From positions 254,546 to 318,545 of the forward strand of contig NZ_DLHA01000050.1 of assembly GCF_002482975.1 (NCBI RefSeq): a DNA stretch of 64,000 bases. Reading direction: 5' to 3'. Below the pieces are notes generated by a model that was not told the origin of the DNA, searched no databases, and was given only the letters and a program-made list of their open reading frames with translations. This DNA comes from Flavobacterium sp. UBA7680. Lineage in GTDB: Bacteria > Bacteroidota > Bacteroidia > Flavobacteriales > Flavobacteriaceae. Of this stretch, positions 29,449 to 37,443 are shown piece by piece. A program made the translations under genes and the position numbers. Position 1 is the first letter of the stretch, and each line of letters opens with the position of its first letter.

Positions 29449-32316
29449 ATGAAAAAAACTTTACTCTTATTTTTCTTTTTATTGTCTGTGTTTTCTTTTG
29501 CACAGCAACAAACGGTTACCTATTCTGTTAGCCCTGCAGCTTTTGAAGAAACTACTTCTATAACTATTACAGTTAATGGAAACAGTATTAATGAGGCTAC
29601 ATGGGGAGTTGCAGATCATTCTCTTTATATGTGGGCATGGGCTTTTGATACCAATGACACCACACAAAAAGGTACTCCTGATAATGGTTCTTGGGAAGCT
29701 TCTAGCGATGCCAGCAAGTTTACTTATAATGCAGGTACAGATACTTATACAAAAACAATTGTTCCAACTACATATTACAGCACTACCGGAATTGGAAAAA
29801 TTGGTTTTTTAATTAAAGCTAAAAACGGAACAGGCGATAAAAAGTCTCAGGATATTTTAGTTGAGGTAGGATCTTTTCAGGTAAATCTAACTGCGCCAGT
29901 TGAAAATAGTGCAACAATTATTGCTTCTGGTTCTAACTTTACAATTACAGCGACAAATACAAACGGAAACGCAAGCTATTCTTTAAAAGCAAACGGAACT
30001 GTTATCAATACAAATACAAGTACAGCAAGTTATTCGTATTCTCACACTAATATTACAGGCAATCAAAGCTATGAATTAAGTGCAACTCAAGGAGCCGTTA
30101 CGATTGTAAAAAAGTTCTCTGTTATAGTAAATCCCAGCACAGTTTCAGCAGCGATGCCGGCAGGATTGGTTGACGGGATTAATTATAATAGTGCAGATGC
30201 TACAAAAGCAACTTTGGTTTTAGATGCACCTTTAAAAGATTTTGTTTACGTAGCAGGAAGTTTCAATAACTGGCAGCCAACTTCGGCGTATGCCATGAAA
30301 AAAGATCCAACTTCTGGTAAATTTTGGCTGGAACTAACTGGCTTGGTTTCAGGGGTAAATAATACATACCAATATTGGGTTGTTGATGCTACACCGCTAG
30401 CGAATTCACCTGCAATGGTAAAAACTGCCGATCCGTATTCGACTTTGGTTTTATCTCCTTATGATGATCCGGGAATTCCTGCAGCTTCTTACCCAAATAT
30501 TCCTGCGTATCCAGCAGGACAGCAATTTGAAGTTACAGTTCTTAAAACAGGGCAAACTCCTTATAACTGGCAAGTAACGAACTTTACAAAACCGGCAAAA
30601 GAAAAATTGGTTGTTTATGAAGTTTTGGTTCGTGATTTTGATGCTGCTAAAAATTATCAAAGTTTAATAGATAGGATAGATTATTTTAAAAATCTTAAAA
30701 TAAATGCGATCGAATTAATGCCCGTAATGGAATTTGAAGGCAATGAAAGCTGGGGTTATAATACTTCATTTCACATGGCTTTGGATAAATTTTACGGATC
30801 ATCTGATAAACTAAAAGAGTTAATCGATTTATTTCACCAAAACGGAATTGCAGTTATTCTTGACGTTGCGTTAAATCACGCTTTTGGAAGAAATCCAATG
30901 GTGAGAATGTGGATGAACGATCCTGATGGAGATGGTTTTGGATCTCCAACGGCTGAAAATCCTTATTTTAATATGGTTGCGAAGCATACGTATAGTGTTG
31001 GAGAAGATTTTAATCATCAATCACTTAAAACACAGTATTATGTTAATCGTGTTATCAAGCAATGGATTGAAGAATATAAAATTGACGGTTTCCGTTGGGA
31101 TTTAACAAAAGGATTTACACAGGCTTGTACAGCTTCAGATGAATCTTGTACCAATGGTTATCAGCAGGATAGAGTTGATATTCTAAAGAAATATGCAGAT
31201 TATTCATGGAGTTTAGATCCAACACATTATACCATTTTTGAGCATCTAGGAACTGATACTGAAGAGCAGCAATGGGCAAATTATAGAATTACCGAAACGC
31301 CAAGTAAAGGTATTATGATGTGGGGAAAAATGACAGATCAATACAATGAATTGTCAATGGGATACACAAGTAATATTACAAGAATGTCAAGTGCAAGTCG
31401 TGGTTTTACAGCAAACCGTTTAATGGGTTATGCAGAAAGTCATGATGAAGAAAGACTGATGTATAAAAATATACAATACGGAGCTTCCAATGGTTCGTAC
31501 AATGTAAAAACATTAAATACCGCTTTGTCAAGAATGTCTGCAATTGGAGCGGTTTCATTACTAGTTCCGGGACCAAAAATGATTTGGCATTTTGGAGAAT
31601 TAGGATGGGAGAAATCTATTTACACTTGTAATGATGGAACTGTAAACGATGCTTCAGGAACAATAGCTGGAGACTGTAAATTAGATACAAAACCACAGCC
31701 ACAATGGGTAAACAATTGGTTAGGAGATTCAAATCGTAATAAAATCTATAACGATTGGGCAAAAATGATTACACTTAAAACTGTAGAGCCGGTATTTTTA
31801 GGAACTTCTACAATAACAAATGCTAATTCATCAACAGTAAACATCAAAATTACAAATGCAAGTTTAGCTTCAACACAATTAAAAGATGTTGTGATTTTAG
31901 CCAATTTTGGTACTTCTGCACAAAATGTTGCAACAGGTTTTCCATATACAGGAACTTGGTACAATTTAATGGATAATACAACAATAAATGTTACAGATGC
32001 AAATGCTGCAATAAATTTACCAGCAGGAGAATACCGAATTTATGGTAATAAAACAGCAAATCTTGCTATTGAAGATTTTGAAAAAGGAAATTCAGTGAGT
32101 TTATATCCAAATCCGGTTTCAAATTATTTTACCTTAAATACTGCTTTTACAAAAGTTCAGGTTTATTCAATTTCCGGACAATTAGTAAAAAGTTTTGCTT
32201 CAAATGGCAATGCTGATTTTCAATTTGGCGTAAGCGAATTACAAACAGGATTGTATGTTGTAAAAGCTTCAGATGAAAATAATAAGGTTCAGGTAATGAA
32301 GTTTATCAAAAAATAA
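29449..32316 (+). CDS. Multidomain GH13 alpha-amylase/pullulanase-like enzyme with T9SS C-terminal sorting domain
   Basis: It has a signal peptide and about 380 aa of non-catalytic N-terminal modules, including a CBM48/E-set-like FVYVAGSFNNWQP block. GH13 regions are VILDVALNHA, GFRWDLTKG and AESHDEERL. The last ~78 aa (SLYPNPVSNYFTLN...GLYVVKASDENNKVQVMKFIKK) match the type-A Por/T9SS CTD pattern. Confidence 0.8.
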   Translation: MKKTLLLFFFLLSVFSFAQQQTVTYSVSPAAFEETTSITITVNGNSINEATWGVADHSLYMWAWAFDTNDTTQKGTPDNGSWEASSDASKFTYNAGTDTYTKTIVPTTYYSTTGIGKIGFLIKAKNGTGDKKSQDILVEVGSFQVNLTAPVENSATIIASGSNFTITATNTNGNASYSLKANGTVINTNTSTASYSYSHTNITGNQSYELSATQGAVTIVKKFSVIVNPSTVSAAMPAGLVDGINYNSADATKATLVLDAPLKDFVYVAGSFNNWQPTSAYAMKKDPTSGKFWLELTGLVSGVNNTYQYWVVDATPLANSPAMVKTADPYSTLVLSPYDDPGIPAASYPNIPAYPAGQQFEVTVLKTGQTPYNWQVTNFTKPAKEKLVVYEVLVRDFDAAKNYQSLIDRIDYFKNLKINAIELMPVMEFEGNESWGYNTSFHMALDKFYGSSDKLKELIDLFHQNGIAVILDVALNHAFGRNPMVRMWMNDPDGDGFGSPTAENPYFNMVAKHTYSVGEDFNHQSLKTQYYVNRVIKQWIEEYKIDGFRWDLTKGFTQACTASDESCTNGYQQDRVDILKKYADYSWSLDPTHYTIFEHLGTDTEEQQWANYRITETPSKGIMMWGKMTDQYNELSMGYTSNITRMSSASRGFTANRLMGYAESHDEERLMYKNIQYGASNGSYNVKTLNTALSRMSAIGAVSLLVPGPKMIWHFGELGWEKSIYTCNDGTVNDASGTIAGDCKLDTKPQPQWVNNWLGDSNRNKIYNDWAKMITLKTVEPVFLGTSTITNANSSTVNIKITNASLASTQLKDVVILANFGTSAQNVATGFPYTGTWYNLMDNTTINVTDANAAINLPAGEYRIYGNKTANLAIEDFEKGNSVSLYPNPVSNYFTLNTAFTKVQVYSISGQLVKSFASNGNADFQFGVSELQTGLYVVKASDENNKVQVMKFIKK

Positions 32317-32369
32317 ACGCTGAAAATATATCTCTAACAGATTAAAAATTTGGTTTGGTTAGTAATGAG

Positions 32370-32406
32370 AAAGGGCTGTTCTATTGAAAAATAGACAGCC
32401 CTTTTC
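32370..32406. terminator. Hairpin between convergent genes (candidate bidirectional terminator)
   Basis: agggctgttctat 32372..32384 pairs with atagacagccct 32391..32402 with a one-nt bulge. A short T-run follows on the plus strand. Confidence 0.55.
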
Positions 32407-32432
32407 TGGTTTAGTTGTTTATTGTTTTTCGT

Positions 32433-32666
32433 TTATTTCTTTTTATCGTTGTATTCTCCAATAACGGCAAAATAACCAAAAGTCCCTAAGCCCAAAACAA
32501 TAAGAGGCGTTAGAATAAAAAGAATAATGATTCCAAAAACTAAATCATCTTGCTGGTCTGATAATAATTTAGGTAAGCCAAATTCAAACACGCAAAAATA
32601 AGCGGCTGCAACTGCCAAAATAACCCATAAAACGCCTAAAGTTTGTTTGATTTTGTCCATGTTCAT
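32433..32666 (-). CDS. Small two-TM membrane protein, unknown function
   Basis: 77 aa with two hydrophobic helices and a Lys-rich C-terminus. It starts 6 nt after the stop of the upstream MFS gene. Confidence 0.5.
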   Translation of the reverse strand: MNMDKIKQTLGVLWVILAVAAAYFCVFEFGLPKLLSDQQDDLVFGIIILFILTPLIVLGLGTFGYFAVIGEYNDKKK

Positions 32667-32672
32667 AAAATG

Positions 32673-34169
32673 TTAAAGATGATTAATTTTGTTTTTGTTG
32701 TCTATGTAAATCATTCCAATCACAAAGCAGATTGAAGCTATAATAATAGGATACCAAAGTCCGTCAAGATAAAAATCACTTTTTCCGGCTGCTTTTGCAT
32801 GTGTTACAAAATAAGTGGAAATTGCCGGCAGTAAACCTCCAAAAATTCCATTCCCTACATGATAAGGAAGTGACATTGAAGTATACCTGATTTTAGTTGG
32901 AAACATCTCAACCAAAAAAGCAGCAATTGGCCCATAAACCATTGTAACAAATATAACCTGAATGAAAACTAAAAAAATTAACGTCCATTCATCGCCAGAA
33001 TTGATATTAATAATAACACTACTTTGAGATTTCTTCTTATTAGCAAAATCTGTCTTCTTTTCAATATACGTAGTTCCGTCAGTATAGGTTTTTGAAACTG
33101 TGGTAATTACATCATTATTTTTTACTGTTTCAGTACTTTGTGTTGTTTTTTCTACGATTTCGGTTTTATAATTAACATCAGTCGTGTTGTACATCATCTT
33201 ATATATAGGTCTGTAAAACAAAATAGCAAGAAGCATCCCAGACATCATAATATATTTTCGGCCCACTTTATCACTCAGCCATCCAAAAACAATAAAAAAC
33301 GGAGTACCTAATAATAATGCAATTCCCAGTAAACTATCAACTTGAGAAGATTCTACATTCATAACCGTTTTCATAAAACTCATGGCATAGAACTGCCCGG
33401 TGTACCAAACAACACCTTGTCCCATTGTGGCTCCAAATAAAGCCAGCAAAACAAATTTTAGATTATATCTATTACCGAAACTTTCCTTTAACGGATTTGT
33501 ACTTGTAGTTCCTTCTTTTTTCGCTTTTGCAAAAACTGGCGATTCATCCATGTTTTTTCGAATCAAATAAGAAACGCCAACCATAACAATAGAAACCCAA
33601 AAAGGAACACGCCATCCCCAGGAATCAAAAGCCTCGCTTGAAAGTATATTTTTAGTAGCCAGAATTACCATTAAAGAAATAAACAACCCAACGGTTGCTG
33701 TGGTTTGAATCCACGAAGTCCAATATCCTTTTTGACCAACCGGAGCATGCTCTGCAACATATGTAGCCGCACCGCCATATTCTCCGCCAAGAGCTAAACC
33801 TTGCAATAAACGTAAAATCAAAACTAATAAAGGCGCAAGAAAACCAATCGTTTCATAACTCGGAATACATCCTATTAAAAAAGTAGAGCCTCCCATTAAT
33901 AATAAAGTAGCCATGAAAGTATATTTTCTACCGATAATATCGCCTAATCTTCCAAAGAACAAAGCTCCAAAAGGTCTAACAACAAATCCGGCAGCAAAAG
34001 TGGCTAAAGTCGATAAAAACGCAGCGGTGGGATTATCACTCGGGAAAAATTTTGTAGAAATTACAACGGCCAAACTTCCAAAAATATAGAAATCATACCA
34101 TTCAATCATTGTTCCCATAGAAGAGGCGGAAATTACTTTCCAAATGCCTTTAGTAGAAGTTTTACCCAT
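32673..34169 (-). CDS. MFS transporter, metabolite:H+ symporter (MHS; ProP/KgtP-like) with inserted hydrophilic loop
   Basis: It has MIEWYDFYIFG, GRLGDIIGRK and LSDKVGRK motifs typical of the MHS family. 498 aa. Confidence 0.75.
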   Translation of the reverse strand: MGKTSTKGIWKVISASSMGTMIEWYDFYIFGSLAVVISTKFFPSDNPTAAFLSTLATFAAGFVVRPFGALFFGRLGDIIGRKYTFMATLLLMGGSTFLIGCIPSYETIGFLAPLLVLILRLLQGLALGGEYGGAATYVAEHAPVGQKGYWTSWIQTTATVGLFISLMVILATKNILSSEAFDSWGWRVPFWVSIVMVGVSYLIRKNMDESPVFAKAKKEGTTSTNPLKESFGNRYNLKFVLLALFGATMGQGVVWYTGQFYAMSFMKTVMNVESSQVDSLLGIALLLGTPFFIVFGWLSDKVGRKYIMMSGMLLAILFYRPIYKMMYNTTDVNYKTEIVEKTTQSTETVKNNDVITTVSKTYTDGTTYIEKKTDFANKKKSQSSVIININSGDEWTLIFLVFIQVIFVTMVYGPIAAFLVEMFPTKIRYTSMSLPYHVGNGIFGGLLPAISTYFVTHAKAAGKSDFYLDGLWYPIIIASICFVIGMIYIDNKNKINHL

Positions 34170-34336
34170 AAAAAACGCTCTGTGTTTTTAATAATAAATG
34201 AAAATGTAAAATACGATTTAACGAATATAACAGATATTTTTTTATTCAGTTGATACTTTTTTAACAAAATTACCTTAATTATTAACTTTTTGTTTTTTGG
34301 TAATCAAAAGTTTACAAAGAGAGGAGATAAAGTGCT

Positions 34337-34426
34337 TTAACCGCAAAATGGACAAAGAAAAAACGCAAAGCTTTATTTACAAATTTTGCGAACCTTTGCG
34401 TAAACCTTTGTGCCTTTGCGGTTAAA
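34337..34426. repeat. CGCAAAG-type palindromic element (second copy of the module at 11868..11909)
   Basis: The arms are tttaaccgcaaa 34337..34348 and tttgcggttaaa 34415..34426. The reverse complement of 34384..34426 (tttaaccgcaaaggcacaaaggtttacgcaaaggttcgcaaaa) aligns with 11868..11909 with about 5 differences. Confidence 0.8.
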
Positions 34427-34461
34427 CTTAAATTTGCGGGAAAACTTTTTAGGAAAATATT

Positions 34462-34496
34462 AAAAACAAAAAACCCGAATATTGCTATTCGGGTTT
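34462..34496 (-). terminator. Rho-independent terminator immediately after tRNA-Phe
   Basis: On the minus strand the hairpin aaacccgaat/attcgggttt closes a 6-nt loop and is followed by TTTGTTTTT. Confidence 0.75.
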
Positions 34497-34572
34497 TGGT
34501 GGTACCTCCAGGGATCGAACCAGGGACACATGGATTTTCAGTCCATTGCTCTACCATCTGAGCTAAGGTACC
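34497..34572 (-). tRNA. tRNA-Phe (anticodon GAA), CCA encoded
   Basis: The minus strand reads GGTACCTTAGCTCAGATGGTAGAGCAATGGACTGAAAATCCATGTGTCCCTGGTTCGATCCCTGGAGGTACCACCA. It folds as a cloverleaf with a 7-bp acceptor stem, a GCTC/GAGC D stem, an ATGGA/TCCAT anticodon stem, a CTGAAAA loop and a TTCGATC T-loop. One U51-U63 mismatch sits in the T stem. Confidence 0.9.
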
Positions 34573-34593
34573 GTGTGGTGCTTATTGCGGGTG

Positions 34594-34624
34594 CAAAGAT
34601 AGAATCATTTTTCGTTTATCCAAA
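34594..34624 (-). promoter_or_regulatory. Bacteroidota-type promoter for tRNA-Phe (TTTG-N19-TATCTTTG)
   Basis: On the minus strand the -7 box TATCTTTG is at 34601..34594 and the -33 TTTG at 34624..34621, with a 19-nt spacer. The -7 box ends 21 nt upstream of the mature tRNA 5' end. Confidence 0.5.
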
Positions 34625-34676
34625 ACATTTTTTTAAAAAAATCAATTCGTATCTTCGCAAGGGTAAAAAAATAAAT

Positions 34677-35411
34677 ATGACTTTAGCGGTTGACGTTGGA
34701 AACACTCGAATTAAAGCATCTGTCTTTGAGGGAAGTACTGTTCTTGAGAATTTTGTTTTTGAGAAAAATGAACTCGAAAAAAAAATTACAAAAATTTTAG
34801 AAAAATTTCAAAACTGCTCTGATTTGGTTGTTGCTTCAGTAGGAAATGTCGAAAAACAGTCTTTTTTAACTTTCGAAAATCAACTCAATATTCATTTTTT
34901 TACCCATGAAGATATTTTTCCCTTCACAAATAAATATGCAACGCCAAAAACGTTAGGAATCGACAGAATGATTTTGGCTGCCGGAGCGACTTTACAATTT
35001 CCGAAACAAAATAGATTAGTAATTGATGCCGGAACTTGCATAACCTACGATTTTATCGACGAAAATGATAATTATCTGGGCGGCGCGATTTCTCCGGGAC
35101 TTCGTTTACGTTACGAATCTTTGCATAATTTCACAGCCAGACTGCCTTTGCTGACTTTAGAAGCGCCAGATTCCTATATAGGAAACTCGACTGCACAAGC
35201 CATACATTCGGGAGTTGTCAATGGGTTCGTCTATGAGATTGACGGTTTTATCGATGAATATCGGTCGAACTTTTCAAATTTTATAATAATTTTAACGGGA
35301 GGTGATGCAGAATTTTTGGCTAAACGATTAAAAAATACCATATTTGCCAATTCAAATTTCCTTCTGGAAAGTTTGAACCAAACATTTCAATATAAAATCG
35401 ACAATGATTAA
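34677..35411 (+). CDS. coaX: Type III pantothenate kinase
   Basis: It reads MTLAVDVGNTRIK from the ATG at 34677 and has LGIDR and IDAGTCITYD motifs. The longer track ORF from 34482 overlaps the tRNA and is rejected. Confidence 0.85.
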   Translation: MTLAVDVGNTRIKASVFEGSTVLENFVFEKNELEKKITKILEKFQNCSDLVVASVGNVEKQSFLTFENQLNIHFFTHEDIFPFTNKYATPKTLGIDRMILAAGATLQFPKQNRLVIDAGTCITYDFIDENDNYLGGAISPGLRLRYESLHNFTARLPLLTLEAPDSYIGNSTAQAIHSGVVNGFVYEIDGFIDEYRSNFSNFIIILTGGDAEFLAKRLKNTIFANSNFLLESLNQTFQYKIDND

Positions 35412-36630
35412 AAAAATTATAATAAGCGCTTGTCTGCTTATCTCGTTCGTTTCATTTGCTCAGCAAGGTACTTCGTCGCCATATTCTTTCTACGGAATTG
35501 GAGATACAAGATTTAAAGGAACTCTTGAAAACAGAAGCATGGCAGGAGTTGCGGTTGAACAGGATAGTATTCACCTGAATATTGAAAATCCGGCAAGTTA
35601 TGCCAGTCTGGGTCAAACTACTTTTTCAGTAGGAGGAACTTTTGGAACTAATACTATCAAAAGCAGCACAGAATCTTCAAAAGCACAAAGATCAACTTTC
35701 GATTATTTGGCATTAGGAATTCCTATGGGGAAATTTGGAGCTGGTTTCGGTTTGATTCCATTATCATCAGTTGGTTATAAAATTACAGATTTTAACACCG
35801 GTGCAAATGAAGTTAGCAGCCAGCTTGAAGGAAAAGGTGGTGTTAACAGAGTATTCTTTGGTTTAGGATATAAAATTACACCAAAGTGGAATATTGGAGC
35901 AGATTTGCAATACAACTTCGGTAAGATCACAACGACGACAATTGAGGCTGTGACTGATGTACAAAATGCAACCAGAGAAACGAATACATCTGAATTATCG
36001 GGTGTGAATTTTAATATTGGTACAATGTATCAAACTAAAATTACAAAAAAGTTAAATGTTTACACTAGTTTAAACTATACTTTTGGAAGTACATTAAATT
36101 CAGTTAGTACAAGATTAATTGAGGTTGATGGAGATCCGGATGCAGTAACTGCAGATCCGGTAGACACCAAATTAAAACTTCCAAATAAATTAACTTTCGG
36201 GGCAGGTATCGGAGAGGCAAGAAAATGGTTAGTAGGAACTACACTTGCTTTTCAGGGAACAGGACAGCTTGCCAATTATTACAACACAAGCCCAAATGTT
36301 AGATATGAAAAGTATACCAAATATGCAGTAGGAGGTTACTATATTCCAAACTACAGTTCATTTGCTAGTTACTTTAGCAGAATTACTTATAGAGCAGGTT
36401 TGAAATATGAAAAATTGGGTTTAGTAGTGAACAACGAATCAATTAACGATGTTGGAATGTCATTAGGGGCAGGATTCCCAATAACAGGAACTTTTTCAAA
36501 TGTAAACTTCGGAATCGAATTTGGAAAAAGAGGAACAACTTCTGCAGGATTAGTTCAGGAAAATTATATGAACTTCAGCGTAGGCTTCTCGTTTAACGAC
36601 AGATGGTTTGTGAAGAGTAAATTTAATTAA
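35404..36630 (+). CDS. Predicted outer-membrane beta-barrel protein, function unknown
   Basis: It has a signal peptide (SFVSFAQQ) followed by SPYSFYGIGD, then an alternating Gly/aromatic-rich beta-strand pattern over 408 aa. Its start overlaps the coaX stop by 8 nt. Confidence 0.5.
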   Translation: MIKKIIISACLLISFVSFAQQGTSSPYSFYGIGDTRFKGTLENRSMAGVAVEQDSIHLNIENPASYASLGQTTFSVGGTFGTNTIKSSTESSKAQRSTFDYLALGIPMGKFGAGFGLIPLSSVGYKITDFNTGANEVSSQLEGKGGVNRVFFGLGYKITPKWNIGADLQYNFGKITTTTIEAVTDVQNATRETNTSELSGVNFNIGTMYQTKITKKLNVYTSLNYTFGSTLNSVSTRLIEVDGDPDAVTADPVDTKLKLPNKLTFGAGIGEARKWLVGTTLAFQGTGQLANYYNTSPNVRYEKYTKYAVGGYYIPNYSSFASYFSRITYRAGLKYEKLGLVVNNESINDVGMSLGAGFPITGTFSNVNFGIEFGKRGTTSAGLVQENYMNFSVGFSFNDRWFVKSKFN

Positions 36631-36682
36631 GCCTAAACTTACATGGTTTTTTAACCTCGTCACAATTTATTACATTTGGCAG

Positions 36683-37243
36683 ATGAATTTACCAAAGAGA
36701 TATATTATAAACGTTGTCACAGTTTTTGCTGTGACACTGTTTTTTGGATGCGAAAGTAATTTTAAAGACGTCCAGAAAATTAACTTCTCAGAGTTCGTTC
36801 CAGGAAGTGATGCTGATACCGTAAATATTAAATATACAGATTCAGGAAGAATAACAGGCGTTTTGATAAGTCCAAAAATGCTGGATTATTCTAATCTTGA
36901 CTTTCCTTTTACCGAATTTCCTAAAGGACTCGATGTTACTTTATACGATAAAAAACAAAAGCGTACTTTTATACGATCAAATTATGCCGTTTCATACAAA
37001 ACGACCGGTATAATTGATTTGCAGGGAAAAGTTAAAATTACATCAGAAGAAGGTCAGGTTCTGGAAACGGAACAATTGTATTTTGACCAGAAAAATGAGT
37101 GGTTTTATACCGAAAGAAAATTTAAGCTTACAGATGCAAAAGGAGTTTCTTACGGACAAGGAATTGATTTTAGCAAAGATTTTAAAGTGATCAATTCACA
37201 GCGAATAAGCGGTGAAATTGAATCAAATGATGATAAATTATAA
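36683..37243 (+). CDS. LptC-like periplasmic lipoprotein (LPS export)
   Basis: 186 aa with a lipoprotein-type signal (FFGCESN). Its size, beta-rich sequence and position resemble Bacteroidota LptC annotations. This assignment is from memory only. Confidence 0.45.
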   Translation: MNLPKRYIINVVTVFAVTLFFGCESNFKDVQKINFSEFVPGSDADTVNIKYTDSGRITGVLISPKMLDYSNLDFPFTEFPKGLDVTLYDKKQKRTFIRSNYAVSYKTTGIIDLQGKVKITSEEGQVLETEQLYFDQKNEWFYTERKFKLTDAKGVSYGQGIDFSKDFKVINSQRISGEIESNDDKL

Positions 37244-37246
37244 ATT

Positions 37247-37441
37247 ATGGGTTACTTAAAATATACACAATACGTTTACATAGCATTTGCAGTTTTCTTT
37301 ATTTACGATGGTGTAACAAAGCTGAACGAAGGAAATGTAAATTATCCGTTAAGCTTTCTAATTGCCGGAATGGCGATTTTTATGTTTTTCTTTAGAAGAA
37401 GGTTTACCAAGAGATTTGACGATCGTAATAAAAAACAGTAA
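37247..37441 (+). CDS. Small two-TM membrane protein
   Basis: 64 aa with two hydrophobic helices and a basic tail. It is packed 3 nt after the upstream gene and 2 nt before the downstream gene. Confidence 0.45.
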   Translation: MGYLKYTQYVYIAFAVFFIYDGVTKLNEGNVNYPLSFLIAGMAIFMFFFRRRFTKRFDDRNKKQ

Positions 37442-37443
37442 GC

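Noticed and set aside
34312-34676. Track ORFs 34312..34557 (minus) and the first 65 codons of 34482..35411 (plus)
   Set aside because: Both run through the tRNA-Phe gene, its terminator and a repeat element. The coaX homology begins only at the ATG at 34677 (MTLAVDVGNTRIK), so these are artefacts of open frames over RNA and repeat sequence.
34462-34676. tRNA-Phe as an integration hotspot or genomic-island boundary, and the U51-U63 T-stem mismatch as a sign of a pseudo-tRNA
   Set aside because: There is no integrase, no direct repeat of the tRNA 3' end and no foreign-looking genes on either side. The tRNA has intact acceptor, D and anticodon arms, an encoded CCA, its own promoter-like boxes and a terminator. 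In the E. coli tRNA-Phe sequence as I recall it, position 51-63 is also a non-Watson-Crick pair.
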